64,000 nt of DNA. It comes from Vicinamibacteria bacterium (GTDB lineage: Bacteria > Acidobacteriota > Vicinamibacteria > Marinacidobacterales > Marinacidobacteraceae). Within the stretch, counting starts at the first letter, position 1; every line of letters begins with the position of its first letter. The stretch spans positions 3,168,001-3,232,000 of the forward strand of contig CAXXLQ010000004.1 of assembly GCA_963668695.2 (NCBI GenBank), read 5' to 3'. The position numbers were made by a program, and so were the translations under genes. Below are positions 30,814-40,482 of the stretch, one piece after another. The notes under the pieces were generated by a model. The model ran no database searches and was not told the DNA's origin. It worked only from the letters and a program-made list of their open reading frames with translations.

Positions 30814-32589
30814 TCACTGGTCCCCTCCGGGGCCGCCGACTACCCGCACCTCGGGGGAGCCATCAAAGAAAGTCTGCAGGATCTCACCCCCGATAGGGGC
30901 CGCCGCCGCCCCGCCGGCTCCGCCGTGCTCCACGACTACCGCCACCGCAATCTGCGGGTCATCGAACGGTGCGAACCCGACAAACCACGCGTGGGTGCGC
31001 AACTCGTACGGGCGATCCTCGTTGTTGGCCGCCACCACGTTCGCACTCGCCACCTGGGCGGTCCCGGTTTTTCCGGCCACCGGAGCACTCGGAATTCGAG
31101 CCCGCCAAGCCGTCCCCGACACCACGGCGTCGCGCATTCCGTCGCGGATCAGCTCGAAGTGCTCCCGCATCACTCCGTCCATCTGGCCGGCGGGTGCGCT
31201 CCCCACCAACCTCGGGGTCAGAACCCTTCCGAACGAGGCGAACGCCGCCGCCAGCCGCGCCATTTGGATCGGGGTCACCGAAACCGCCCCCTGACCTACG
31301 GCGACCGACGCTGTCTCACTGGCGTACCAGCGCTCCCCCGTAACGCGGCGCTTCCATTCGCGGGTCGGAATGAGTCCGCTCGACTCATTCCTGACGTCCA
31401 CCCCGGTGGGCTCCCCGAGACCCAAAGCGCGAGCGTAGGATGCGATCACATCCACATCGAGTGCTTCCGTCAACCGATAGAAGAACACGTTGCATGACTT
31501 GGAGATCGCCTCGCGAAGCGTCAGCGCGCCATGCCCCTGCGCGCGGTGACACCGGAAGGTCCGACCCGCAATGCGGGCCCTTCCGTTACACCGATACCGG
31601 GTTTCCGGGCCCACCACGCCCTCCGCAAGCGCCGCGATGGCGGTGACCAGCTTGAAGGACGACCCGGGGGGATAAGTGCCCTGGACCGCCCGGTTCAGGA
31701 GCGGAGTCGCGGTGTCGGCGAGCATTTCGCGGAACTTCCCTGCATCGCGGCGGAACTCTTCGGAACTCTCAGCCGGATAGCTGCCGAGGCCCAGGACTTC
31801 CCCCGTTCTGACATCCAGCGCCACAAACGCTCCCCGGTGGTCGGCGAAAGCACGGTGGGCCGCCTCCTGAATCGCCCCGATCGCGCCGATCTGCAGGGTG
31901 TCGCCCCGGACGGGCTCGGTGCTCCTCAGCCCGCCGGATACCAACACGCGCTGACGGCTGTCGACCACCCGATCCAGATACCCGTCGGAACCGACCAGGA
32001 TCCCGTTGTAGACCCGTTCGATCCCGGCCTGGCCCACGAGATCACCGGAAGCCGCGGTCACAAACTCCTCGAGGAGGAGTTGGGCCGCAGTGACCTCCCC
32101 CACGTAGCCGAGGAGATGCGCGGTAGCCACGCCGAGGGGGTAGTCCCGAGCCGGCACGAACTCCACCCGGACGCCCGGCAGTTCACGCCGGCGGGCTTCG
32201 AAGAAAGCGGCTTCGGAGAAGGGGATCCCGGAGCGGACTACCGCCGGGCCGCGTGCCGCCCGCCTTTCGAGATCGGCGCGGTCCTCCTCATCAACCAGCA
32301 GGAGTCCGATCTCTTCCAACTGGCCGAGCCCCGATTCGTCGGCGAGCAGAGTGAACGACGGCTCGCTTCGGGCCAGGACCGCGCCGTGTCGATCCACTAC
32401 CAGCCCCCGGGGGGCGCGCCGGCGCTCGGTCTGGAGGTAGTTGTCCCGCGCCAGGTCGCTGAACTCCTCACCCCGGACGATCTGGAGCTGCCAGAAGCGG
32501 ACAGTCAGCAAAATGACGAAAGCCCACAGCGGATACCGCGCGATGGCCAGTCGCCTGCGGATGCGGGAGAAGTACTCGGCCTGGATCAC
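30814..32589 (-). CDS. mrdA: Penicillin-binding protein 2
   Basis: APRGLVVDR, PPGSSFK (SxxK), SCN, GKTGTAQ. Confidence 0.93.
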   Translation of the reverse strand: MIQAEYFSRIRRRLAIARYPLWAFVILLTVRFWQLQIVRGEEFSDLARDNYLQTERRRAPRGLVVDRHGAVLARSEPSFTLLADESGLGQLEEIGLLLVDEEDRADLERRAARGPAVVRSGIPFSEAAFFEARRRELPGVRVEFVPARDYPLGVATAHLLGYVGEVTAAQLLLEEFVTAASGDLVGQAGIERVYNGILVGSDGYLDRVVDSRQRVLVSGGLRSTEPVRGDTLQIGAIGAIQEAAHRAFADHRGAFVALDVRTGEVLGLGSYPAESSEEFRRDAGKFREMLADTATPLLNRAVQGTYPPGSSFKLVTAIAALAEGVVGPETRYRCNGRARIAGRTFRCHRAQGHGALTLREAISKSCNVFFYRLTEALDVDVIASYARALGLGEPTGVDVRNESSGLIPTREWKRRVTGERWYASETASVAVGQGAVSVTPIQMARLAAAFASFGRVLTPRLVGSAPAGQMDGVMREHFELIRDGMRDAVVSGTAWRARIPSAPVAGKTGTAQVASANVVAANNEDRPYELRTHAWFVGFAPFDDPQIAVAVVVEHGGAGGAAAAPIGGEILQTFFDGSPEVRVVGGPGGDQ

Positions 32590-32620
32590 GAAAGGTTTCG
32601 GCTCCGCCGGGGGAAGTTCC

Positions 32621-33106
32621 TCATGGCACTCCGTAGCCCGACGACTTCGGCCGGAGGAAACGAAGAACGAGAGCCCCGTAGATCACGGTGATCGGGATCC
32701 CGAACCCCGCCGCCCCCAGCTCCTGGCGGGGAATCACGGTGAATCCGGCCACTTCACCGAGTGCCCACAGAATCAGCAGATCGGCGGCCGCGGCGAACAG
32801 GAGCAGCACGGGCACTCCCACAGACCCGTCCAGCGGCGGGTGCTCGCGGGCGCGCGCCACCGCAAAAACGACGAGCGGCTTGGAAAAGCCGTTCATCCCC
32901 AGCAGACCTCCGGAAAAGGAGTCCTGCAAGAGCCCTGAGACCAAACCGACTCCGATCGCGGGGCCCGGCCCGGCAAGCAGCGCTACGGCAGCGGCGGTCG
33001 CGAGCAGGAAGTCCGGCGTCACTCCTTCGGGGACTACCAGCGGCAGGACCGCTGTCTGGAGCAGGAAAGCCACGACGACCGCGCCGGCGGCTCGCAGATA
33101 GCTCAT
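32621..33106 (-). CDS. mreD: Rod shape-determining protein MreD
   Basis: Hydrophobic, PDFLL, GLLQD; located between mreC and mrdA. Confidence 0.85.
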   Translation of the reverse strand: MSYLRAAGAVVVAFLLQTAVLPLVVPEGVTPDFLLATAAAVALLAGPGPAIGVGLVSGLLQDSFSGGLLGMNGFSKPLVVFAVARAREHPPLDGSVGVPVLLLFAAAADLLILWALGEVAGFTVIPRQELGAAGFGIPITVIYGALVLRFLRPKSSGYGVP

Positions 33107-33966
33107 GACCCCCGTGTCAGCGTTCCGGCAGCGGGATCCGGCGCCAGGCCCGCGTCGTTCCGCCGCTCCAGGACGAAGACCCGTTCGAGAGTGTCGAAGT
33201 CGACGGCCGGCTCGATCGCGATCTCAAGCAGCAGTCCGGCTCCCTCGTGGACCCGGGAAACCCTACCCACCAGAAGTCCCTTCGGATACAAACCTTCGAG
33301 CCCGCTCGAGATCACCTCTTCCCCCACCGCGACCTGCTGCCCCACCGGGACAAAGTGAAGCCGGTAGCCGCTGGTCCCCTCGTCGCCGGCCGCGGCGCGA
33401 ACGACCCCGCGAGTCCGGCTGGACGAAGTGATCACCGCGACGGCGGCGGTGGAGGACGACAGCAGCTCGACCTGGCTGATCCCCGGCCCTACCGCCACTA
33501 CCCGCCCGGCGAGCCCGCTCGCCGCCATCACCGGAGCGTCGCGCTCGATTCCATCTCGACTTCCCCGGTTCACGGTGACGGTCCGATCGAGCGGAGATGC
33601 GCTGACCCCGACGATTTCTCCCGAAACGGGCTCGCCCAGTCCCATCGCTTCGGCATCGAGGCTCGTGAACCCTCGGGCGCGCTCGAGCATCCCCCGCTGG
33701 ACTGTCAGTTCCCATTCCAGCCGGGCCACCCTTTCCTCCAGCTCGTCGCGAGCGATCTGCATCCCGTGGGCGTCGCGAACCGTCGCCGCCCACGACGAAA
33801 CCGCTCTGGTGGAACTCACCAGCAGGCTTTGGCCGTCTCCGAATACTGCGGCCAGCCCGTCCCGAACCGGGAAGTTGGTCCCCGTGCGCACCTGGAAGGT
33901 CAGTCCGAGGAAGTTCGCGGCCAACACGATCCCCAGGATGACTCCATGGCCGCGTTTCCCGGACAC
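33103..33966 (-). CDS. mreC: Rod shape-determining protein MreC
   Basis: TM plus coiled coil, VNRGSRDG, GLAGRV, SSGLEGLYPKGLLVG. Confidence 0.9.
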   Translation of the reverse strand: MSGKRGHGVILGIVLAANFLGLTFQVRTGTNFPVRDGLAAVFGDGQSLLVSSTRAVSSWAATVRDAHGMQIARDELEERVARLEWELTVQRGMLERARGFTSLDAEAMGLGEPVSGEIVGVSASPLDRTVTVNRGSRDGIERDAPVMAASGLAGRVVAVGPGISQVELLSSSTAAVAVITSSSRTRGVVRAAAGDEGTSGYRLHFVPVGQQVAVGEEVISSGLEGLYPKGLLVGRVSRVHEGAGLLLEIAIEPAVDFDTLERVFVLERRNDAGLAPDPAAGTLTRGS

Positions 33967-34021
33967 CGGCTGACTTCCCCGCTCCTACCGCTGCTTTCCG
34001 GCGTGCATGGACCCGGGCGTC

Positions 34022-35047
34022 CTACTCGTGCCTCGAAACCTGCTGGAGCAGGTCCATCCGTTCCAGCATGACCCCGGCGCCGTTCACGACGCAATCGAGC
34101 GGGTGTTCGGCCACCTTGACCGCCAGGTTCGTCTCATCGGCGAGCAGCTCGGGAAGTCCCTCAAGCAGCGCACCTCCACCCGTCAGGAGGATTCCGTTCT
34201 CCACCAGGTCGGCCGAGAGTTCGGGTTCGACTTTCTCGAGCACGTTCGACACCGCGTTAAGGAGCTGTTGCAGCGGGCCGCTCAAGCCCGCCCGGATGTC
34301 CTGGTCGGTCACCGTCAAGGTGGCCGGGGAAAGCCGGGAAAGATCCCGCCCGCGGATCTCCATGCTGCGCGCCTGCGTGCCCGGTCGGGCGCTGCCGAGC
34401 GCCATCTTGATTCGCTCTCCCGTCCGCTCTCCCACGAGCAGGCCATGGGACCGGCGCAGGTGTTCGATGATTCCCTGGGTGAACATGTCGCCGGCGGCAC
34501 GCACCGAAGTGCCGGCCGCGATCCCCGAAAGGGAAATCACCGCAATGTCGGTCGTTCCGCCGCCGATGTCCACTACGCAACACCCGATGGGAGTCGTGAC
34601 GTCCAGTCCGGCGCCGATGGCGGCGGCGATCGGCTGCTGCACGAGGAATACCTCGCTGGCCCTCGCCCGGAGCACGCTGTCCCGCACCGCCCGCCGTTCC
34701 ACCGGCGTGATTCGGAGAGGCACGCCGACCACCATGCGGGGGGCGGCCCACCGGCGCCGGCCCAGCGCCTTCTGCACAAAGTGGCTGATCATCCGCTCGG
34801 CAGCCTCGAAATCGGCGATCACCCCGTCCTGCATGGGGCGGATGGCCTTGATGTGGTCGGGGGTCTTGCCGACCATGTCGTACGCCTCGGCCCCGACCGC
34901 TTCCACCCGTTTCGTGACCGTATTCATGGCCACGACGGAAGGCTCGCGCAGAATGATTCCCGACTCCTGGGTGTAGATGAGGGTGTTGGCGGTCCCGAGG
35001 TCTACCGCCAGATCAACGGAGAAAAGACTGAGTAAGTATTTGAGCAT
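34022..35047 (-). CDS. mreB: Rod shape-determining protein MreB
   Basis: DLAVDLGTANT, EPSVVA, VDIGGGTT, LTGGGALL. Confidence 0.95.
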   Translation of the reverse strand: MLKYLLSLFSVDLAVDLGTANTLIYTQESGIILREPSVVAMNTVTKRVEAVGAEAYDMVGKTPDHIKAIRPMQDGVIADFEAAERMISHFVQKALGRRRWAAPRMVVGVPLRITPVERRAVRDSVLRARASEVFLVQQPIAAAIGAGLDVTTPIGCCVVDIGGGTTDIAVISLSGIAAGTSVRAAGDMFTQGIIEHLRRSHGLLVGERTGERIKMALGSARPGTQARSMEIRGRDLSRLSPATLTVTDQDIRAGLSGPLQQLLNAVSNVLEKVEPELSADLVENGILLTGGGALLEGLPELLADETNLAVKVAEHPLDCVVNGAGVMLERMDLLQQVSRHE

Positions 35048-35246
35048 CAAGCAAAAGCGGAAGAGCAGGGCAGATTGCGGGAGACCGAACGGCCCAAGAT
35101 GGGGAATACGGCGGGAGCCCCGCCCCGGGAGCCCGGCCAATGGTAAAGATTACCAGCCAAGCGGCTGGCGCGACAGAGTCAAACCCGGCACTCGCGCGTT
35201 CCGGTTTGCCGCTCGGCGGTGTCTGGCGGTACCATGGCGGGTTGCC

Positions 35247-37148
35247 ATGATTCTCGAGTACTTTCGCAACCGTCGTTCCGTCGGCTGGTTCATGGGCGCC
35301 GGGCTGCTCGCCCTGGTCATTCTGGCGTTCGTCGCTCTGTATTTCCCGGACTTCATGGGCGACCCCGCGACGGCAGCGATGCGCCGGGGCGTCGCCTGGG
35401 TGGACGGACAACCGATCGCGGCCTCGACCTTTCTCGATCGGTACCGAAACGTCGCCCGCCTGTACCAGGAACAAAGTGGCGGGGAATTCTCCCCCGCCCT
35501 GGCCCGCCAACTCGGCATCCCCGATCAGGTCGTGGGAGAGCTGGTGCGCAGCCGGGTGCTCGTGCTCGAAGCCGAACGGCTCGGGCTCCAGGTCACGAAC
35601 GCCGAAGTGGGAACCAACATCGCGACCTCCCCCACCTTTCAGGAGAACGGGGTCTTCATCGGGCGGGATGCCTACCTCAGCAGGCTGCGGGCAGCCCGCC
35701 TGAACCCCAGAGACTTCGAGGACTCCGTCCGGTCGGACGTGCTGACCGAGAAGCTGCAACGGCTGATTACCGAATCCCCCCACGTGTCCGATCTCGAACT
35801 CCGGGAGGAGTATCGGCGCCGCAACGAGAACGCTTCTCTCGATCTCTGGTTCCTGACCACCGATAGCCGGCGCGGAGAGGTCGAGGTCACGGAGGTGGAC
35901 GCGCGGGCGCGCTTTGAGGCTGCCCCCGAGGCGTTCAAGGTCCCGGAGCAGCGGCGAATCCGATACCTCACGCTCTCCGAGCAGACCGTCGCCGAGGAAG
36001 TCTCCGTAAGGCAGCGCGAAATTCAGCGCTACTACAACCGCAACCTCTTCCAGTACCAGTTGGGGGAACAGGCGGAAGCCAGTCACATCCTGCTCCAGGC
36101 CGAATCAGAGGCCGACGAGGACGCAACCCGCACCCTGGCGGCCCGCCTCGCCGAACGCGCGCGCCTCGGCGAAGACTTCGCGGAACTCGCCCGGACCTAC
36201 TCCGCGGACGAGGGGACGCGGGAGGCGGGTGGAGCGCTCGGAATCTTCGGGCCGGAAGAAATGGTCCCCGAGTTCTCCGAAGCCGTCTTCAGCATGATGC
36301 CCGGCGAGATCAGCGACCCCGTCCGCACCGACTACGGTTACCACGTAGTGCGGCTCGACAACCGCCAGGCCGCCGAAACCCGCGAACTGAGCGAGGTCGA
36401 GGGGGAGATCGAGAGCCGGCTGCGGCAGGAAAAGGCCGCGACTCTTCTTGCCGAACGGGTTCTCGAACTCGGAGAGCGGGTCGGAAACGCCGACTCGCTG
36501 AGCGACCTGGCGGGCGACTACCCGCTGCTGATTCCTCAGGAGTCGGATTTCTTCTCCGCCAGCGACTCCGTCGCCGGATTCGGTTCGCTGGAACTTTCCG
36601 CTCTGGCCTTCGACCTTGAGCTCGGCGCGGTGGGCGGCCCGGTGCGGCTTGCGACCGGTTACGCATTCGTCGAGGTGCTCGAGGAACGACCGCCGCACGT
36701 CCCCGAGTTCGAGGAGATCCGCGAGCAGGTGATGGCGGATCTCGAGGAAGAGCGGGCGGAATCGCTCGCGAGGGAAGCGGGGCAGACCCTTCGTGACCGG
36801 GTCGCCGGCGGGCAGACCGTCGATACCGATCCGACTCCCCTGGAGCGCTGGTTCCGGGGCAGCGCGCTCGGCGCCGCCGGCCCGCTTCCCGGCGCTGAAG
36901 AGACGGTCTTCGGGGCGGAAATCGGAGACGTCGTTGGTCCCCTCGAAGCGGGGCGGGGCTATGCCATCGTCCGGATCAACGGAAAGGAGGGGTTTTCCGA
37001 AACCACCTTCGAGGAACAGCAGGAGCCCTTCCGGGCGCAGATGATGGAAGAGAAAAAGCAGCGCGTTTGGGCGGCTTTCGTCAGTGGCGCCGCCGAGCGC
37101 TACAACATCCGCATCGATCGCCAGGCGCTCAATGCCCTGATCGGGTAA
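35247..37148 (+). CDS. ppiD: PpiD/SurA-like peptidyl-prolyl isomerase chaperone
   Basis: N-terminal TM, SurA-N domain, parvulin ASHILL, FAELARTYS, GGALG, MVPEF, TDYGYH. Confidence 0.85.
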   Translation: MILEYFRNRRSVGWFMGAGLLALVILAFVALYFPDFMGDPATAAMRRGVAWVDGQPIAASTFLDRYRNVARLYQEQSGGEFSPALARQLGIPDQVVGELVRSRVLVLEAERLGLQVTNAEVGTNIATSPTFQENGVFIGRDAYLSRLRAARLNPRDFEDSVRSDVLTEKLQRLITESPHVSDLELREEYRRRNENASLDLWFLTTDSRRGEVEVTEVDARARFEAAPEAFKVPEQRRIRYLTLSEQTVAEEVSVRQREIQRYYNRNLFQYQLGEQAEASHILLQAESEADEDATRTLAARLAERARLGEDFAELARTYSADEGTREAGGALGIFGPEEMVPEFSEAVFSMMPGEISDPVRTDYGYHVVRLDNRQAAETRELSEVEGEIESRLRQEKAATLLAERVLELGERVGNADSLSDLAGDYPLLIPQESDFFSASDSVAGFGSLELSALAFDLELGAVGGPVRLATGYAFVEVLEERPPHVPEFEEIREQVMADLEEERAESLAREAGQTLRDRVAGGQTVDTDPTPLERWFRGSALGAAGPLPGAEETVFGAEIGDVVGPLEAGRGYAIVRINGKEGFSETTFEEQQEPFRAQMMEEKKQRVWAAFVSGAAERYNIRIDRQALNALIG

Positions 37149-37330
37149 CAGCCTGTGGATAAAGTGACGTCAGTGCAGAGACCGGTGAGGCGCCCGGCTG
37201 ACAAGGCGCGCGAGGGAGGAATACCGAGTGTATTTCGACCGAAGCGCAACGATGAGCGACGCATCGCGGCGCGGTTCAGCCGGGATGGATCGCCGGTCGA
37301 ACGCGGCGTGACTTTGTCCACAGGCTGTTA
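37146..37330 (+). mobile_element. MITE-like element M7 (minimal 185-bp form)
   Basis: TAACAGCCTGTGGATAAAGTGACG ... CGTGACTTTGTCCACAGGCTGTTA; left TAA is the ppiD stop. Confidence 0.88.
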
Positions 37331-37343
37331 AGGGGGGCCGGCC

Positions 37344-37691
37344 ATGCAACTTGACCTCAAGGAACGATCCGGCGTGTCGCTGCTCCAACTGGGCGGCCGC
37401 CTGGTGGACGGTCATGGGGACCTGGAGCTTCGCGAGGCCGTGGACGTTCTCGTTGATTCCGGCCGGGTGCGCATCGTCGTGGACCTCAGCGGGGTGAGCG
37501 CTATCGACAGCGCCGGCCTCGGCGAACTCGTAGCCTCCGCCCGCCGCGTCGCGCGGGCCGGAGGGACCCTCAAGGCTCTTCACCCGCAGGAAAGGGTCGT
37601 GCACGTGATGAACATCGCGCGGGTGCTCCCGCTCTTCGAGGTGTTCGAAACCGAAGACGAGGCCATCGCCAGCTTCGGCCCGGACGCCTGA
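37344..37691 (+). CDS. STAS-domain anti-sigma factor antagonist
   Basis: IVVDLSGVSAIDSAGLGELV with the conserved phospho-Ser. Confidence 0.88.
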   Translation: MQLDLKERSGVSLLQLGGRLVDGHGDLELREAVDVLVDSGRVRIVVDLSGVSAIDSAGLGELVASARRVARAGGTLKALHPQERVVHVMNIARVLPLFEVFETEDEAIASFGPDA

Positions 37692-37742
37692 GGAGTCCGC
37701 CCCCCTGTCGGAGCGGGTTCGGCGATCCGCGGAGAGGTCGCC

Positions 37743-39008
37743 TTGATTTCCGTCGAGGAAACGCTTCGCCGAATCCTGGAGCAGACGCCAGTGTTGCCCG
37801 CCGAGAGGGTGGGGCTCGCCTCGGCTCGCGGGCGGGTGCTGCGGGAAGCGGTGTTCGCGGATCGCGATCTGCCTCCCTTCGACCGGTCGGCGGTGGACGG
37901 TTACGCCGTCCGGGCCGCCTGCCTTGCCGGCGGCGGCCGATTGCGGATCGTGGATCAGATCCCCGCGGGCACGATGCCCCGGATCCCGGTGGGCCCCGGG
38001 GAAGCGGCGGCCGTCATGACCGGGGCCCCGATTCCGCAGGGTGCGGACGCCGCGATCATGGTGGAGGACACCGTCCGCGACGGAGATTTCGTCGGCTGGC
38101 CCGCGCCGGGCCGAAACCCTCCCCCGGTCAGGGCCGGAGACCGTATGACCGCCCGGGGCGCCGAAGTGCGCGCCGGAGCCAAACTGCTCGAAGCCGGAGG
38201 CCGCGTGTCGGCAGCGGCGCTCGGCTTGCTCGCTACCGTCGGCAAGGTGGAGGTCGCGGTCGGCCGGCGGCCGCGCGTCGCGGTCTTCTCCACCGGGGAC
38301 GAGCTCCGGCATCCGCGAACCGTCACCCCGCGCCCGGCGCAAATCCGCGACGCCAACAGCCACATGATCGCCGCGCGTTGCCGCGGCATGGGGCTTCCGA
38401 CCCGGCGGCTCGGTTCCGCACCGGATGATCCGCAGCGGCTGGCCGAGACGATCGCTTCGGGACTCGAATCCGATGTGCTCTTCATCTCCGGCGGGGTGTC
38501 CATGGGCCGCTACGACTACGTCGAACCGGTGCTCGAAGCGGCCGGGGTCCGGCTCCTCGTCACCGCCGTCGCGATCCGCCCCGGGAAGCCCTTTGTTTTT
38601 GGAATCACCGGGGAATTCCGGCCAATTCTCGTGTTCGGGCTTCCGGGAAACCCGGTCTCGGCGCTCACCACCTTCGAAGTCCTGGCGCGTCCGGCGCTCG
38701 AAAAGATGGAAGGGATCCCCGACCCGCGATCACCGCGGCCCTCCGTCCGCCTGCTCGCTCCCGTAACGCAGCACGGACCGCGCCGAGCATTCCTCCCGGC
38801 CCGGGTGGGAATCTCCGGAAACGGCGAGCTGACGGCGCAGCCGATCCGGTCCCAGGGTTCGGGCGACATCGCGGCGGTAGCGCTTGCCAACGCCCTGGTC
38901 ATCGTGCCCGAGGACGCCGGGACCATTCCGGCCGGGGAGAGCGTCGCGGCGCACCCGCTTCCAGGCTTTCCTGACGCCGGACCCGAGTGGCATGATCCCC
39001 GCCGATGA
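37743..39008 (+). CDS. moeA: Molybdopterin molybdenumtransferase
   Basis: PPFDRSAVDGYA, MTGAPIP, STGDEL, SGGVSMG, PGKP, GLPGNPVS. Confidence 0.93.
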   Translation: MISVEETLRRILEQTPVLPAERVGLASARGRVLREAVFADRDLPPFDRSAVDGYAVRAACLAGGGRLRIVDQIPAGTMPRIPVGPGEAAAVMTGAPIPQGADAAIMVEDTVRDGDFVGWPAPGRNPPPVRAGDRMTARGAEVRAGAKLLEAGGRVSAAALGLLATVGKVEVAVGRRPRVAVFSTGDELRHPRTVTPRPAQIRDANSHMIAARCRGMGLPTRRLGSAPDDPQRLAETIASGLESDVLFISGGVSMGRYDYVEPVLEAAGVRLLVTAVAIRPGKPFVFGITGEFRPILVFGLPGNPVSALTTFEVLARPALEKMEGIPDPRSPRPSVRLLAPVTQHGPRRAFLPARVGISGNGELTAQPIRSQGSGDIAAVALANALVIVPEDAGTIPAGESVAAHPLPGFPDAGPEWHDPRR

Positions 39009-39517
39009 GTTCCGCCACGCCTGATCGCCCGGCGCCGGCGGTGGCGACCCTCAGCCACGTGGATTCGGGGGGAAGCGCGCGGATGGTGGACGTGGGGGCC
39101 AAACCCGTCACCGAGCGCGCCGCCGCCGCGGAGGCCTTCGTGACGGTCTCGCGGCCGGCGCTGGAACTGGCGCGGCAAGGAAACGCTCCCAAGGGCAGCG
39201 TGCTGGACACTGCCCGCCTCGCCGGCATCCAGGCCGCGAAGGCGTGCGCGACCCTGATCCCGCTCTGCCATCCCCTGCCCCTCGATCACGCCGAGGTGTC
39301 TGCCGTGTTCGAGGAGACGGGGATCCGGATCGTCGCCCGGGTCCGCTGCCGGGCTTCCACCGGCGCCGAAATGGAGGCATTGACCGCTGCCTCGGTTGCC
39401 GCGCTCACCGTCTACGACATGCTGAAGGCCGCGGATCGGGGCATGGTGATCGGCCCGGTCCGCCTCCTCGAAAAAAGCGGCGGCGCGAGCGGCCCCTGGA
39501 GAGCGGAGGATGTCTGA
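39005..39517 (+). CDS. moaC: Cyclic pyranopterin monophosphate synthase
   Basis: ARMVDVGAK, LIPLCHP, TGAEMEAL, YDMLKA, EKSGG. Confidence 0.95.
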   Translation: MSSATPDRPAPAVATLSHVDSGGSARMVDVGAKPVTERAAAAEAFVTVSRPALELARQGNAPKGSVLDTARLAGIQAAKACATLIPLCHPLPLDHAEVSAVFEETGIRIVARVRCRASTGAEMEALTAASVAALTVYDMLKAADRGMVIGPVRLLEKSGGASGPWRAEDV

Positions 39518-39550
39518 GGAGCGGAGGATGTCTGAGGAGCGGAGCGGAGG

Positions 39551-40465
39551 ATGTCTGAGGAGCGGAGGGTGCCTGAAGACCAAAGCGGGACGGCGCTCCG
39601 AGGCACGGACGAAACGGGCGACCTGATCACCTACCGGAACGCTCTTAAAGCGATCCTCGAAGGTTGCGGTTCCGCCGTGGTCGCGCTGAGCGGCGGAGTG
39701 GACAGTGCAACGCTGGCCGTCTTCTCCCACCTCGCGCTCGGAGACCGAAGCCTCGCGGTCACCGGGGTCAGCGCCAGTCTTTCCGAATACCAGAAGACGC
39801 TGGTGGAGGGGGTCCTCCGAGCCCACCCCATGCCGCACGAATGGCTGGCAACCGACGAAATGGCGTCGGAGGAGTACCGGCAAAACGGGCCGGACCGCTG
39901 CTTTCACTGCAAGAACGAGCTCTACCGCCGCCTTCGGCAGCTCGCCGACGAGCGCGGCTTCGCCGCTGTCCTCGACGGCACGAACGCCGACGACGCCGGT
40001 GACGTCCGGCCCGGGCGGCGCGCGGCGACGCTGCTGGGGGTCCGCTCGCCGTGGCTCGAGGCCGGGATCTCCAAGGAAACCGTCCGCGCGCTGGCCCGGT
40101 CGCTCGGGGTGCCGGTAGCGGACGAACCGGCCTCCGCCTGCCTCGCCTCCCGGGTGCCTCAGCGCATTCAGATCAGCGCCGGGATCCTGGGACAGGTCGA
40201 GGCCGGCGAGGAAGCGCTCCGCGAGCTGGGGTTCTCCGCTTTCCGGGTCCGGCACCACGGAGACCTGGCCCGTATCGAGCTGCCCGCCGCCCAGATCGCG
40301 CGCGCGCTCAGCCCGGAGGTCGGCGACCGGCTGGCGGGCCGCCTCCAGCGGCTCGGATATCGCCGGGTGGCGGTCGACCTCCGCGGCTACCGGCCCGCCG
40401 GACTCGCGGCGCCGTTCGATCCAGGCCGCGATCTGGCCTTCCTGCCGGCCGCCAGCGCCGGTTAG
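39551..40465 (+). CDS. larE: ATP-dependent sulfur transferase, LarE family
   Basis: PP-loop SGGVDS, RCFHCK, DGTNADD..RPG, ACLASR, RVRHHG. Confidence 0.85.
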   Translation: MSEERRVPEDQSGTALRGTDETGDLITYRNALKAILEGCGSAVVALSGGVDSATLAVFSHLALGDRSLAVTGVSASLSEYQKTLVEGVLRAHPMPHEWLATDEMASEEYRQNGPDRCFHCKNELYRRLRQLADERGFAAVLDGTNADDAGDVRPGRRAATLLGVRSPWLEAGISKETVRALARSLGVPVADEPASACLASRVPQRIQISAGILGQVEAGEEALRELGFSAFRVRHHGDLARIELPAAQIARALSPEVGDRLAGRLQRLGYRRVAVDLRGYRPAGLAAPFDPGRDLAFLPAASAG

Positions 40466-40482
40466 CCAAGTCGGCCCCGGCG